Positions 1-12,250 of a stretch of 64,000 nucleotides of DNA are shown here, in pieces. The stretch is taken from positions 37,758,001-37,822,000 of the forward strand of contig OZ024753.1 of the NCBI GenBank assembly GCA_964016885.1, read 5' to 3'. The notes beneath the pieces are model-generated. The model searched no databases. It was given only the letters and a program-made list of their open reading frames with translations, and had not been told where the DNA came from. Positions within the stretch are counted from its first letter, which is position 1; the number at the start of each line of letters is the position of its first letter. The stretch is from Eledone cirrhosa (Eukaryota). The position numbers and the translations under genes were made by a program.

Positions 1-11
1 CCATCATGTGA

Positions 12-48
<37 letters not shown>

Positions 49-171
49 CACATCAGATTAACGATTCTAGATATGTTCACCTACATATCAATAAAACATG
101 TGTCAGATACATAATAAATGTTAATCCTTCAACTGCGAAATTGGTGGATTCATGTAATTTATTAATATATA

Positions 172-780
172 TATATTAAGTGTATTGAGTTCAAAACTCA
201 AGCATTCCTTTACAATGAAATAGCTCAAAGAAAGAAATATTTCTGAGCCGTATAATATATATGATGAAATACAAATACCAACATATCTGTGTTTATATTG
301 TAAAAGAAATTAAGTTAGCTAGAATGAAATATACTAATTATAATATTACAGTTTGCCTATCTCGATTTAAAATAATAAATCAATAAAAACAAACAGTATT
401 GGCAAATGGCCATGGTGTTTAGACAAATTTAAATTTCAAAATCAAACCTGTTCCGTAGATAAGTTTAACCTTTAAAATCCAAATATGTTTCGAGATGAAT
501 AAGTCTAAGGATATCATGTCCAGCTCACATCAGTAAACACCCTGAACAAATTGATATGCTTCACTTCTAAATATTTTAAAAGACTGTTTAACGCACATGG
601 TTTAACACATGGTTTTCCAGTTTCTAGCCAGCCTCATACTCGTACTGCTAGAAATAACAGCCGTATATATGGGCTACTATCAGCTCAACGTAAGGAGCAA
701 TTATATTAAGTGTATTGAGTTCAAAACTCAAGCATTCCTTTACAATGAAATAGCTCAAAGAAAGAAATATTTCTGAGCCG
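172..780 (+). repeat. 79-bp exact direct repeat (172-250 and 702-780)
   Basis: tatattaagtgtattgagttcaaaactc...ttctgagccg occurs twice, 530 bp apart. Confidence 0.9.
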
Positions 781-849
781 AGTAAAGTGGTCCCAGGTGG
801 CCTTGCTCTAGACTAAAGAGCCTCTCTAGTGCCAGTGTCTGAATAAAAT

Positions 850-1380
850 ACACCCAGTACACTCTGTAAAGTGGTAATGCTAGTGCCCTGATTAAAACGC
901 ACCCAGTACACTCAGTAAAGTACATTCTGTAAAGTAGTGGTGGTGGTGCCATGATAAAGTGCACCCAGTACACTCAGTAAAGTACATTCTGTAAAGTAGT
1001 GGTGGTGGTGCCATGATAAAGTGCACCCAGTACACTCAGTAAAGTAGTGGTGGTGCCATGATAAAGTGCACCCAGTACACTCAGTAAAGTACATTCTGCA
1101 AAGTAGTGGTGGTGGTGCCATGATAAAGTGCACCCAGTACACTCAGTGAAGTACATTCTGTAAAGTAGTGGTGGTGGTGCCATGATAAAGTGCACCCAGT
1201 ACACTCAGTGAAGTACATTCTGTAAAGTAGTGGTGGTGGTGCCATGATAAAGTGCACCCAGTACACTCAGTAAAGTAGTGGTGGTGCCACGATAAAATGC
1301 ACTCAGTGTACACTATGACTGTAAAGTAATAGTGGTATTGCTACAGCCAAGTGCACCCAGTACACTCTGTAAAGTGATAG
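850..1380 (+). repeat. 62-bp minisatellite (with about 45-bp variants) related to the SINE/RTE 3' module
   Basis: Unit gtaaagtagtggtggtggtgccatgataaagtgcacccagtacactcagtaaagtacattct. Related motifs at about 34440-34590, 45730-45865 and 55320-55460. Confidence 0.85.
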
Positions 1381-1460
1381 TGGTCTATGACCCAACCATC
1401 TCATTCCACTTCTCTTCACAACATTCAGCAATGGTTCTATTCTCATCAATCAGTCACTTT

Positions 1461-1667
1461 CCTCCTCCTCCTCCTCTTTCTAACCATCTCTGCTACTTCA
1501 CTATGTATGTTTTAAGCTTAGAAATTGAATTTTATATACATTTACACATATTTGTTTGTTCATTGATTTCCACTTTGTTTATCCAGTATCAAATACTGAG
1601 TGGTTGGTTTTGAAGTGGAGGCTCAAAGGTAAATATTTCCCCCCTCCTAATTTATTATTTTGTCTAA
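1461..1667 (+). pseudogene. Inverted duplicate of TM9SF4 exon 8 with flanking intron
   Basis: About 90% identical to the reverse complement of 8619-8818. The exon copy at 1587-1628 keeps its AG/GT but has CGA>TGA. Confidence 0.9.
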
Positions 1668-1734
1668 ACACAACCTGATTCATCATCATCATCGTTATTA
1701 TTTGTTCTTTCCAGGCCCTTGCTACTGCTGCTGC

Positions 1735-2300
1735 TAGTGGTGGTAAATATGATGATGATGGTGGTAATGATGATAATGGGGGGGGGGGGTAATGGTGCTA
1801 ATGGGGGTGGTGGTTGTGGTAATGATGAAGGTGGTAGTGGTGGTAATGATGATGATGGTGGTAGTGGTGGTAATGATGATGATGGTGGTTGTGGTGGTAA
1901 TGATGATGGAGGTGGTTGTGGTGGTAATGATGATGGTGGTGGTTGTGGTGGTAATGATGATGATGGTGGTAGTGGTGGTAATGATGATGATGGTGGTAGT
2001 GGTGGTAATGATGATGGTGGTGGTTGTGGTGGTAATGATGATGGAGGTGGTTGTGGTGGTAATGATGATGGTGGTGGTTGTGGTGGTAATGATGATGATG
2101 GTGGTAGTGGTGGTAATGATGATGATAATGGTGGCGGTGGTAATGATGATGGTGGTAGCGGTGGTAATGATGATGATGGTGGTAATGATGATGGTGGTTG
2201 TGGTGGTAATGATGATGGTGGTTGTGGTGGTGATGATGATGGAGGTGGTTGTGGTGGTGATGATGATGGAGGTGGTTGTGGTGGTGATGATGATGGAGGT
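1735..2300 (+). repeat. Compound GGT/GAT trinucleotide satellite (about 33-bp higher-order unit)
   Basis: ggtggtaatgatgatgatggtggttgt iterations; produces spurious ORFs in 4 frames. Confidence 0.95.
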
Positions 2301-2516
2301 ATGTATGTGTGTGTGTCACTAATGATGATCAATGATCACAATAGTAAGTGTTGTATCTGACATAGGTACAAAGCCAGACATTTGGAGTGAAGGGTTAAGT
2401 CAATAGAATTAACACCAGTACATGTCTGGTACTTTATTTTACCAACCCTGGAAAGATGAAAGGTAAAATTCACCATGGCAGGATTAGAACTCAGAAAGCA
2501 TTTGGCCAACACCCTA

Positions 2517-3500
2517 ATCATCATCATCATCATCGTTTAACGTCCATCTTCCACGCTTGCATGGGTTTGGACGGGAGTTTTCCCACTTGAGGCAAGAGTG
2601 GTTGTCTTGCTCGCATAGGACTGTCTGGCGGGTTTTCTACGGCTGGATGCCCTTCCTAACACCAACCACGTTTACAGTGTGGACTGGGAGGTTTTTACCG
2701 TGTTACCTACACGGCCACATTACAGCGTGGACTGTGTGTTTCTTTGTCAAGACACCTACACGACCTCATTTGTTTCGGACTGGATGTTGTGGTACCAACA
2801 TAACTTTACATTTAAGGGGGTGGTGTGGATGGGGTGGGGGGGAGTGGGGGGGGGGGGGGGGGGGGGTGTATTTTGTTAGAGGTGCCTACTGGCTGTAGTA
2901 GGTTTCACTTTGTACTTAGGTAAGGCGGGTCTTCTGTAGAACTGTGTAGCGCCAAAGATCTCGGTCCAGTGACATTGTCTTGGAGAGGTGTAAGTGTGTG
3001 AGGTCGGAATTTATCAAGTCGTCCCAGGTTTTTCTGGGTCTGCCTACTCCATGGCTACCGTCTATTTTTATTGCCCTGCACTTTTTTATACAGCTGTCGT
3101 CTTTCATGTGCATCACGTGACCATACCAATGTAGTCTTCTCTCGAGTAAACAACATCTGATCCCTCTTATTTCTAATTTTTCCCTTAGTTCGTTTATGCT
3201 TTGCCGTTCACGTATATTACTATTACACATCCAGCGGAGCATGCAAGCTTCGTTCCTCTCCAGTCTGCGTATATCCTCTGCACACAATGCCCAGGTCTCA
3301 CTGCCGTGTAACATTGCTGTTCGTATGCAGGCATCATACAGCCTGCCTTTCATTTTTAGAGAGAACCCTTTAGCGGCTAATAGTGGTATAAGCTCTCTGA
3401 ACTTTTTCCATCCAGTTCTGACACTAGCTACTGTACTTTCAGAGCACCCTCCACCACTGCTGATTTTGTCACCCAAGTAACGGAAGGTGTCCACTATTTC
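2517..3500 (-). mobile_element. 5'-truncated RTE-clade LINE (RT C-terminus, 3' UTR, (GAT)n tail)
   Basis: ORF 2916..3494 with [24 protein letters not shown] and GRPRKTW. The 3' end reads GGACGTTAAAC(GAT)n. Confidence 0.92.
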
Positions 3501-3767
3501 TAGATAAATCTACAAATCTATTACTTAACCCTTTTGATACTAACCAGCTCAAAACCACTTATTTTTAACAATTCCTATTTAAATTAAAATCTTCCAACAT
3601 AAGAAGTATGACAAATATTATTTTTTAAATGTTAGTAAAACCCTCCAAATTCTTCATTAATTAATCACAATATAGAGTAAGTTATTAAAAATATGGTCAT
3701 GAACAGGTTAAGATTAAAAACATGAATTGTTTTACATGTAATTTTCTAACAAGAAAATTAGCCCTAC

Positions 3768-4052
3768 TTGAAATGCTGCTTTTTTCCACTGGTTCCCTTT
3801 CATAGTTTTATATAGTCGAGCTGAAAAGTAGCCAGCAATTAATCTGAAAAATAGAATATGTAAAGTTGAGAAAGCTTTAATCCTGAGTAAGTAAGTATAT
3901 AATTGTTTCTACTTTTGGCACAAGGCCAGCAATTACCCAGTACATTACTGGTACTTTATTTTATCGAATTCCAATGGTTATCAGGTGACCACAGTTAAGT
4001 AGAAGTCATATATGCAAGCATGAAAAAATAGATGTAAAAATGAGGGCATTTC

Positions 4053-4112
<60 letters not shown>

Positions 4113-7100
4113 GAAATGCCCTCAATGTTACAACATTGCCTTGGATTGCAACAGTGAATTGTTCTAGGCATATGGTATCTATTTACAGTTAAATGGACTG
4201 GGGACATTTGAGAGTTAAATATCTTGGCCATGGACTCTACAATATAGAAGGTTTATAGGGTTTTGGTGAAGAACAATAGCAGAACGACATACTTACCCGA
4301 GAAAGACAAAAAGAAATATGGCAGCTGTCATTAGGGCTCCTCTTGAAGCTGGTGATAACATACCAAGCATTGCAAAAACTACAAAAAGAAGAATACATAA
4401 CAAAATGAGACAACAACAACACAAGTTTTTTAAGGCCCCTTTCCCTACTAAGGCAGAGGTTAGCCATGCAGACTCCATGATAGGCTTCTCCATGTTTCTC
4501 TATCATCTACATTTCTATATCCTAAACACCAGCTTAATAGTTTTGATACCAACCCACCCGAAACAACCCTTACTTTTATGATGAAAATTTATGTTTAAAT
4601 TTAAACCTTCCATTATAATTTTTGTAAGAATCTTTCCTTAAGTTATGCTCCAAATACTAACTTAATAATTAGTTAGTAATATTACTAAATCCCTCCTAAT
4701 TCTCAATTATTTTTAAAATTCATAAAAATCATAGGAAACATATTCCATTAGAAATATGGTAACGAAAGGGTTAATAATGAGAATCTTAGTTATATAACTA
4801 AATCCCTCCAAATTTCTGATTGTTTTCAAAATAATATTAAAATTATAGTTCGTCTCTTTCATTAGAAATATAGTTAAAGATGTCTTATACCAAATAATAA
4901 TACTCACAGATAATGATCAATGACATACAAAAGATTTGGTTCCCAGCACCAATTAGAGAAGCCAACAACTTGGGATGGCGTGGAGGACGAAATATATCAC
5001 CATGAACTAATTTCCAGCCTGTTTCTTCTAATGTCTCTTCCTGAAAACAAAGCATTATTATCAAAATTATAACATTATATATGAAAGGCTACAGTTGAAG
5101 AGAAAGTTTGTATTACTAATCCTAATCCTAAGAACTACAACTTGCAATTGTTATGACATTGATATATCATATTCCCTATTGTTGTTGATACAGCTCACAG
5201 CTGTGTAGGTTTAGTTGGCCTCCAATGAAATTGCATCTCACGAATTCTGCCCAGGTTTTCCTCTACTGCAGCTTCCTTCCACTGAGAACACCTGGTACTT
5301 CTTCACCTAATAATCATCGTCCATATGTATCACATGTCCATACCAGTGCAGTCTTCTTTCCTGTACACTACAATTGATTCCTCCCCTACTCTCAGCTCAT
5401 CTATGCTTTGTCATCCATGTACATTACTACATCATCCATCGAAGCATACATGTTTTATTTATTTCCAGTCTTCACATATCCTCTGCATTTATACACACAC
5501 ACAACAGGCTTCCATACAGTTTCCGCTTACCAAATTCACTCACAAGGCATAGGTCAGGCTGAGGTTATAGTGGATGACACTTGCCTAAGGTGTCACTCAA
5601 TGGGATCAAACATGAAACCATGTGATTGTGAAGTGAGTTCTTTAAGCACACAGATATGCCTGCACCTGCACAGCCAAATCAAATCCCATAGACATTCAAT
5701 TTGTCTTTCACCCTTTCATGATTGATAAGTCCCAGCCCAGAGCTGATAGACTTCTTTCCTTCCAACAGTCACATCTTGGATATTCCAATGGATCAAATGT
5801 AGGAGAGTTGAGAGCCTGTCTGAGTCTGTGTCTGCTTGTAACTGCATGAGCACCTAAACTTCTTAGCAAAAGCAAGCTACGTATTGGCAAGACATACTTG
5901 ATTGTGAGCAATTGCTGAAGCTTATTTCATGTATATTCAGCAGTAGAAAATCTGCCAGATAAAGAGTCGGGAGGACTCTTCAAGTGTGTCAAAGACATGA
6001 CAAACTGTACTAGTGCTAGTGCCATGAAAAGGTACACATGTTAGACTGCAGGAATATATGTAGGCAAGATGCAGGCCTCTGCCCCATTTGAGTACTAACT
6101 GAGCCTGTGGAGACCCATCAAACCCTTACTAGCTGAGTAAATGGACATTATGTGTGTGTGTATCATCACCATTGTTTAACGTCCATTTTCCATGCTGGCA
6201 TGGATATTACGGGAGTTATATGCGTGTATTTATGTATGGCTTTTTTATGAGTGTATGTATGTATGTATGTATGGCTTCTTAGTTAAGAAGACCAACAGTA
6301 ACTGCAATAATAAGGAACAACTTACTATATCTTCATCTTTGTTATATCTTGCAATATCTCTACGCAATGAACGAACCATGATCATTGTGAGAATTCCTAG
6401 GAAATAAATAGAAGGAGAAAATAAATATAAAAAGAAAGAAAGACAGACAAAACAAGGTTTACAGCAGATATAGTGTAAATTTCCTTAAGATACATCTAGA
6501 CTAAAATATAAATAAGACAGACAAAATGAGGTTTATGGCAGATATATTGTACATTTCCAAAAGATACTTCAAGACTAACAACCCACCTTGTTAGATGGTC
6601 GTTTTAGTGCCACAATAAAAAGTACCCAGTCCACACTGTAATGTGGATGGTGTTAGGTAGGTTATCTAGCCATCGAAGCCAAGCCAAAATACACAAATCC
6701 GTATGTTGTCAGGGGTCCCTTAGCTCAAAATGGTTAGAGCCCTTAGTCATTATCTAGAGATAGGGAGTTTGATTGCTCATAGCAGCCACTGACAACATTT
6801 TTTCCATCTCTAGGAGTCTTTACTGTATTTTAATAATCTATTTTATAGCAACTGACTGTAATTGCAGTTTTTTTCTGTGTCTGAGTTTCCTATATCTTCT
6901 TATAAATATATTTCCTCGGAGCTTAGTAAGTTTGAAAATGGTGCAGTCATAATGCTGTTTTATACTTTTCAAGAATGTCTTGCTAATGTGGTGTCATGCA
7001 AGGAGAGGATATTAAGAGTTAATAGATACTAGAAAACAGTTATACAGCCACGTTTTCTCTTCTCTTTTCCTCCTTACATCATAAACCTACTCTTATGAAT

Positions 7101-10100
7101 GTTTTCTCACATGTACTTAATTCTTGTTTTAAGTCCAACATGCTAACAACCACCAGACCACCCATAAACACAATCACAACTTCAATAGCTGTATCTACTT
7201 ACCTGACAAGAAAAAGACGACAACAACTGAATTTATGATAGAAAACCAATGTATCTGTACATCACTCATTGCCAAATATGTATCCCATCGGGAAGCCCAG
7301 CGAATTTTACTGCTCTGCCATTCCACAGAATATGAGAAAATCACTTTTGTTTCTCCTGATAATGAAAAGAAAATAAACAGAAACATTTTTTTAATCTTTG
7401 AGATGATCCAAGAAAGTTTTTTTAAATGACATTAACGCTTTCTTAATTGTATTTCTATTGAAAAATACTATCAATTAATTGATAAAGGATTTTGAAGGAT
7501 TTACTAAGATCATTGATTATTTCATTAATAAGATATTAACTTAACATGTAAAATTTTGCTGGAATACTTTAATATAAAAAAGAACCCTTTAAAATGGGTG
7601 ATTTTGTTTCATAGAACCAGAGCTGGTTGTTGTCACAGATATCAAACTGTCTGAAACTGCTTCTACCATATAAAACTGTTTAACCCTTTAGCATTTAAAC
7701 CAGCCGTATCCAGCCAGAATTCTCTCACCTCTTTCTGTTCAAACCGGCTGTAACCGGTTGCTCATACTTGTGTTAAGGTATGGTTCTCAAAATAAATAAT
7801 ATCAAAATCTTATAGATTCAATATCATGTGAAAATACAATAGTATATATATAGAGTAATGTAAATGCTAAAGGGTTAAATAACAATCTCCCTAGTACTGG
7901 TGCCATGACAAATGTATTCAGCAGAGTATTGGAATGTATGTGGGTGAGATGCAGGTCTTCTGGCCTGTCTAAGTCGTCATTAGCTCCACTTTCAGTACTG
8001 ACTCATATTGTGAAAACACGTCCAACCCTTGCTAGCAGGGAAAACATCTTAAATGATAATGATGAAAAAAATAAATTTAAAGTTCAAAAATATTTACCTT
8101 TTTCATTTATTTTTTGAGGTTTTGGTTCTTTACTTTTGATATTACATTTTTTATTTTCAACCGTAACATCTGGGGAATCAATACTAAAGAATAAAAAAAA
8201 AATAAAGAAAAGTTAATTTTCAAATAAACAATTTATTTTTTTAAACAAATTTACTGGGTCACTCTCCGAAAGACCAAGACAACATAGAAGAGAGAGGGAC
8301 CTCTATACATGTCGAATACCTGAGAACATCTCTAGTGTTTGAGTGAATCAATTGACAAGATCCCAGACCTCAATTATTTACCGAGTGGGACGGGGGAACT
8401 TGTCAAATCAGACAAAAAGGAAAACAGATGTGTGATGATGATGATTATGGTGGTGGTGGTGGTAGTGTGTCAGTGTGTGCATATAGCCATAGAAAAACAT
8501 CTCGTTCAGCTGCTATAAGTGTGGGAAAATGGACATGACGATGATGATGATGAAACAGGATATCATCATCATCATCATCATCATTTCATTTTACGTCTGC
8601 TTTAGCCATATTAATAAATTAGACAAAGTAATAAATAAGAAAAGAAAAAATATTTACCTTTGAGCCTCCACTTCAAAACCAACCACTCGATATTTGATAC
8701 TGGATAAACAAAATATAAATCAATGAACAAACATATATATGTAAATATATATAAAATTCAATTTATAAGCTTAAAACATACATAGGGAAGATATGGTTAG
8801 AGAGAGGGTGAGGAGGAGAAAGCAAGGGGAGAATATGGAGGGGGGTAAGAGGGGGGTGTAGAGGGTAGAAGGAGGGGGGAGGTGGAAGGGGAAGGAAGAG
8901 GATGGAAGGGGAAAGAGGAGGTTGGAAGAGGAAGGAAGAGGGTGGAGGGGGAAGAAGGAGGGTGGAAAGGGGGAGAGGGGGCAATGAGGGTGAGGGGGAG
9001 AAGAGGGGAAGGGGGGGGGGGGTGAAGGGGGGGGGGGGGGGGGGGGGAAGGGGGGGGTGAGGGGGAGAAGAGGGGAAGGGGGGGGGGTTAGTTGAAACTG
9101 AAGTTTAAAGACTAGACTATCATATTTAGTAAAGAACAAACAAAACTTACTTGTCTTCAGTATGATATTTCAAGATGATTTTTAGATGATTGTTGATGAA
9201 AGCCTAGAGAAAAAGTAAAAACAAAAAACATCTCATAAATAATAAGTAAACACATCAATATAAAGGTCCATCGTTGTATGGTCTAGATCAGTGGTTCCCA
9301 AAGTGGCTTCAACAAAGGGGTACCTGGGACTCCGTGAAAAAAGGTAGAAGAGTATGTTTATATTATGAACATATAGCAGTATTAGACTTTGGAGTTCCCC
9401 AAAGCTTATAAGCTCCTATAAGCTTGCATCTCAGGGGTTTCTCAGGTGTTTTAATGATAGGGGCCCTGGTTCTAGCATACACATACACAACTATATATGT
9501 TGTTACAGCTAACATCAATGTTGGCTTAGCCAGCCTCCTATAAATTTGCATCTCAGAGGAGGTTTCTCGGGTGTTTTAATGATAGGGACCCCAGTCCTAT
9601 CATACACATACATATGCATGTTGTTACAGCTCTCACTTATGCAGGTGTAGCCAGCCTCCTATAAATTTTCATCTCAGAAGAGGTTTTTCAAGTGTTTTAA
9701 TGATAGGGACCCCAGTTCTATCATACACACACACATATGTTGTTACAGCTCACACCTATGCAGGCTTAGCTGGCCTCCTATAAGCTTGCATCTCAGAGGA
9801 GGTTTCTTACTAAATCCCTCTAAATTCTTGATTATTTTAAAAATAAATTGAAAATTATCAGTCGTATCTTCTATTAGAAATATGTTGCTAGAAGGGTTAA
9901 ATAAGCCAATTAGAACAGAAAATAGAATAAATATAAACACTTTGCTCTGTACTTACTTCATCATTTTTCACGAAACCTAGCTTGTATCCATGTTCATATT
10001 GTATTTCTCGAGTCTCTAACATCTCAAATTTAGTAGCACATGGCAAATTATCAACCAGCCTAGAAATAAATAAAAGAAATCATCAATTTACAGAAGGTGG

Positions 10101-12214
10101 GCCTACATCTTATGTGGATAACTGGTCCCTCAACACCCCACATTATTAAAAACCACAAATGTTCATGACCTTCATTGTAACATGTGTCAAATTATCGACA
10201 AACCTAAAAATATATGAAAGAAAACATCACTAATTCAGTGGACCTATATCTTATGTGGCAAACTACTTCCTCAACATCATCATCATCATTTTACGTCCGC
10301 TTTTCCCTGCTTGCAAGGGTGGGACGGGAACTGATTCTGGCTTGATTTCTACAGCTGGATGCCCTTCCTAACACCAACCTCATTTACAGTGAGTGCTGGG
10401 TGCTTTTTTGCCGTGGCACCTCCACGACCACTTTGCAGTGGAATGATAAGGACCCCTGTCCCTATCATCTCATTTCTACAGCTGAGTAAACTGGAGCAAT
10501 GTGAAATAAAGTGTCTTGCTCAAGGAAACAACACATCACCCGGTCTGAGAATTGAACTCACAACCTTTCGATTGCAAGGCCAATGCTCTAACCACTAAGC
10601 CATGTGCCTCCACCAAGCCATGTATATTCAAATCTCTTATATAGAAGTACCTACGTATGTCGATGTATCATCATCGTCATCATTTTCATGTGCGCTTTCA
10701 CAGCTAGCAAGGGTTGGACAGGTCTACATAGACCGAGTCAGTACTGAAGTGGGGCTTCTGACCACAAAGATAGACCAGGGATATACATCTCACTTACATA
10801 CAATCTTACGTTCTACCGAGAGCACAGGTGAGGTTATCATGTCTTTGCAGCCCTTAATAACAATATACTCAATGATTTCTAATTTAGGCACAAGACCTAC
10901 AATTTGTACCCCAGAATATGACTGGTACTTTATTTTATTGAAACCGGTAATAATAATGCTCTAATCATAACATGGAAGCACGTAGCCTAGTGGTAAGGGT
11001 GTTGGACTTATGATCATAACATCGTGAGTTCGATTCCTGGGTTGTGTGATGTGTTCTTGAGCAAAACACTTCATTTCATGTTGCTCCAGTATACTCAGCT
11101 GAAAATGATAACCAGCAATAGCTGGGGGTTTAACCCTGCGATGGACAGGCGTCCTGTCCAGGGGGAAGTCTTGTACTCTCAGTCGCTTCACGCCATGAAA
11201 CCGAGACAAGCACTGGCCAAATGAACCTTCTGGCTTAAGACAGACTTTAGACTTTAGAATCATAACAACAGCAACAATAAAAGTACAAGACCAACAATTT
11301 GTACTCCAGTACATGATTGGTACAATCATAACAACATGTCAGTTTATACTTACAAATGAACATAGTATGCATGCCTAATCCTTTCTGCCATGAGTTTACT
11401 ATCTTCTATTGTCATAGTAACAGCTTTATCATTATGACAAAGAATTTCACAGCCTTTATTTTCAGCCATAGTAACCTAAAAAAAGGGGAGAAAAAATAAG
11501 TATATATATAATTAAAGTATGGTTACACATTGTAATCAATTTAAAAAGAAGACAAACTACTTCGTTTAGAGTAAAACAGTAGAATAAAAGAAAAATAAAT
11601 GTTTTGAATTATAATAATACAGACATTGAGTTCAAACAGTGGAACAGATTTTATGAAATGTGGGAGGATATATATATATATATATATATATATATCATCA
11701 TTTTACGCCCACTTTTCCCTGCTTGCAAGGGTGGGACGGGAACTGATTCTGGCTTGATTTCTACAGCTGGATGCCCTTCCTAACACCAACCTCATTTACA
11801 GTGAGTGCTGGGTGCTTTTTTTCCATGGCACCTACACGACCATTTTACAGTGAGTGCTGGGTGCTTTTTTGCCGTGGCACCTCCACGACCACTTTGCAGT
11901 GGAATGATAGGGAACCCAGTCCTATCATCTCATTTCTACAGCTGAGTAAACTGGAGCAATGTGAAATAAAGTGTCTTGCTCAAGGAAACAACACATCTCC
12001 CGGTCTGAGAATTGAACTCACAACCTTTCGATTGCAAGGCCAACGTTCTAACCACTAAGCCAATGATTTATATGTATGTGTGTGTATATATATATGTGTG
12101 TGTATGTGTATATATATATATATATATGTATGTGTGTATAAATATATATGTGTGTATATTTATATGTTTGTATAAATATATGTGTATATTTATGTATGTG
12201 TGTATATTTATATA

Positions 12215-12250
<36 letters not shown>

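Noticed and set aside
755-1266. Repeated 60-76 aa ORFs / CRISPR-like periodicity
   Set aside because: 62-bp tandem minisatellite; eukaryotic context, no spacers.
1664-2360. Long Pro/Gly/His/Val-Met ORFs in four frames
   Set aside because: Stop-free trinucleotide satellite in an intron; no splice or homology support.
10540-10612. tRNA-like sequences (also about 10972, 13235, 54570, 58240)
   Set aside because: SINE heads followed by CORE-like bodies; no intact cloverleaf.
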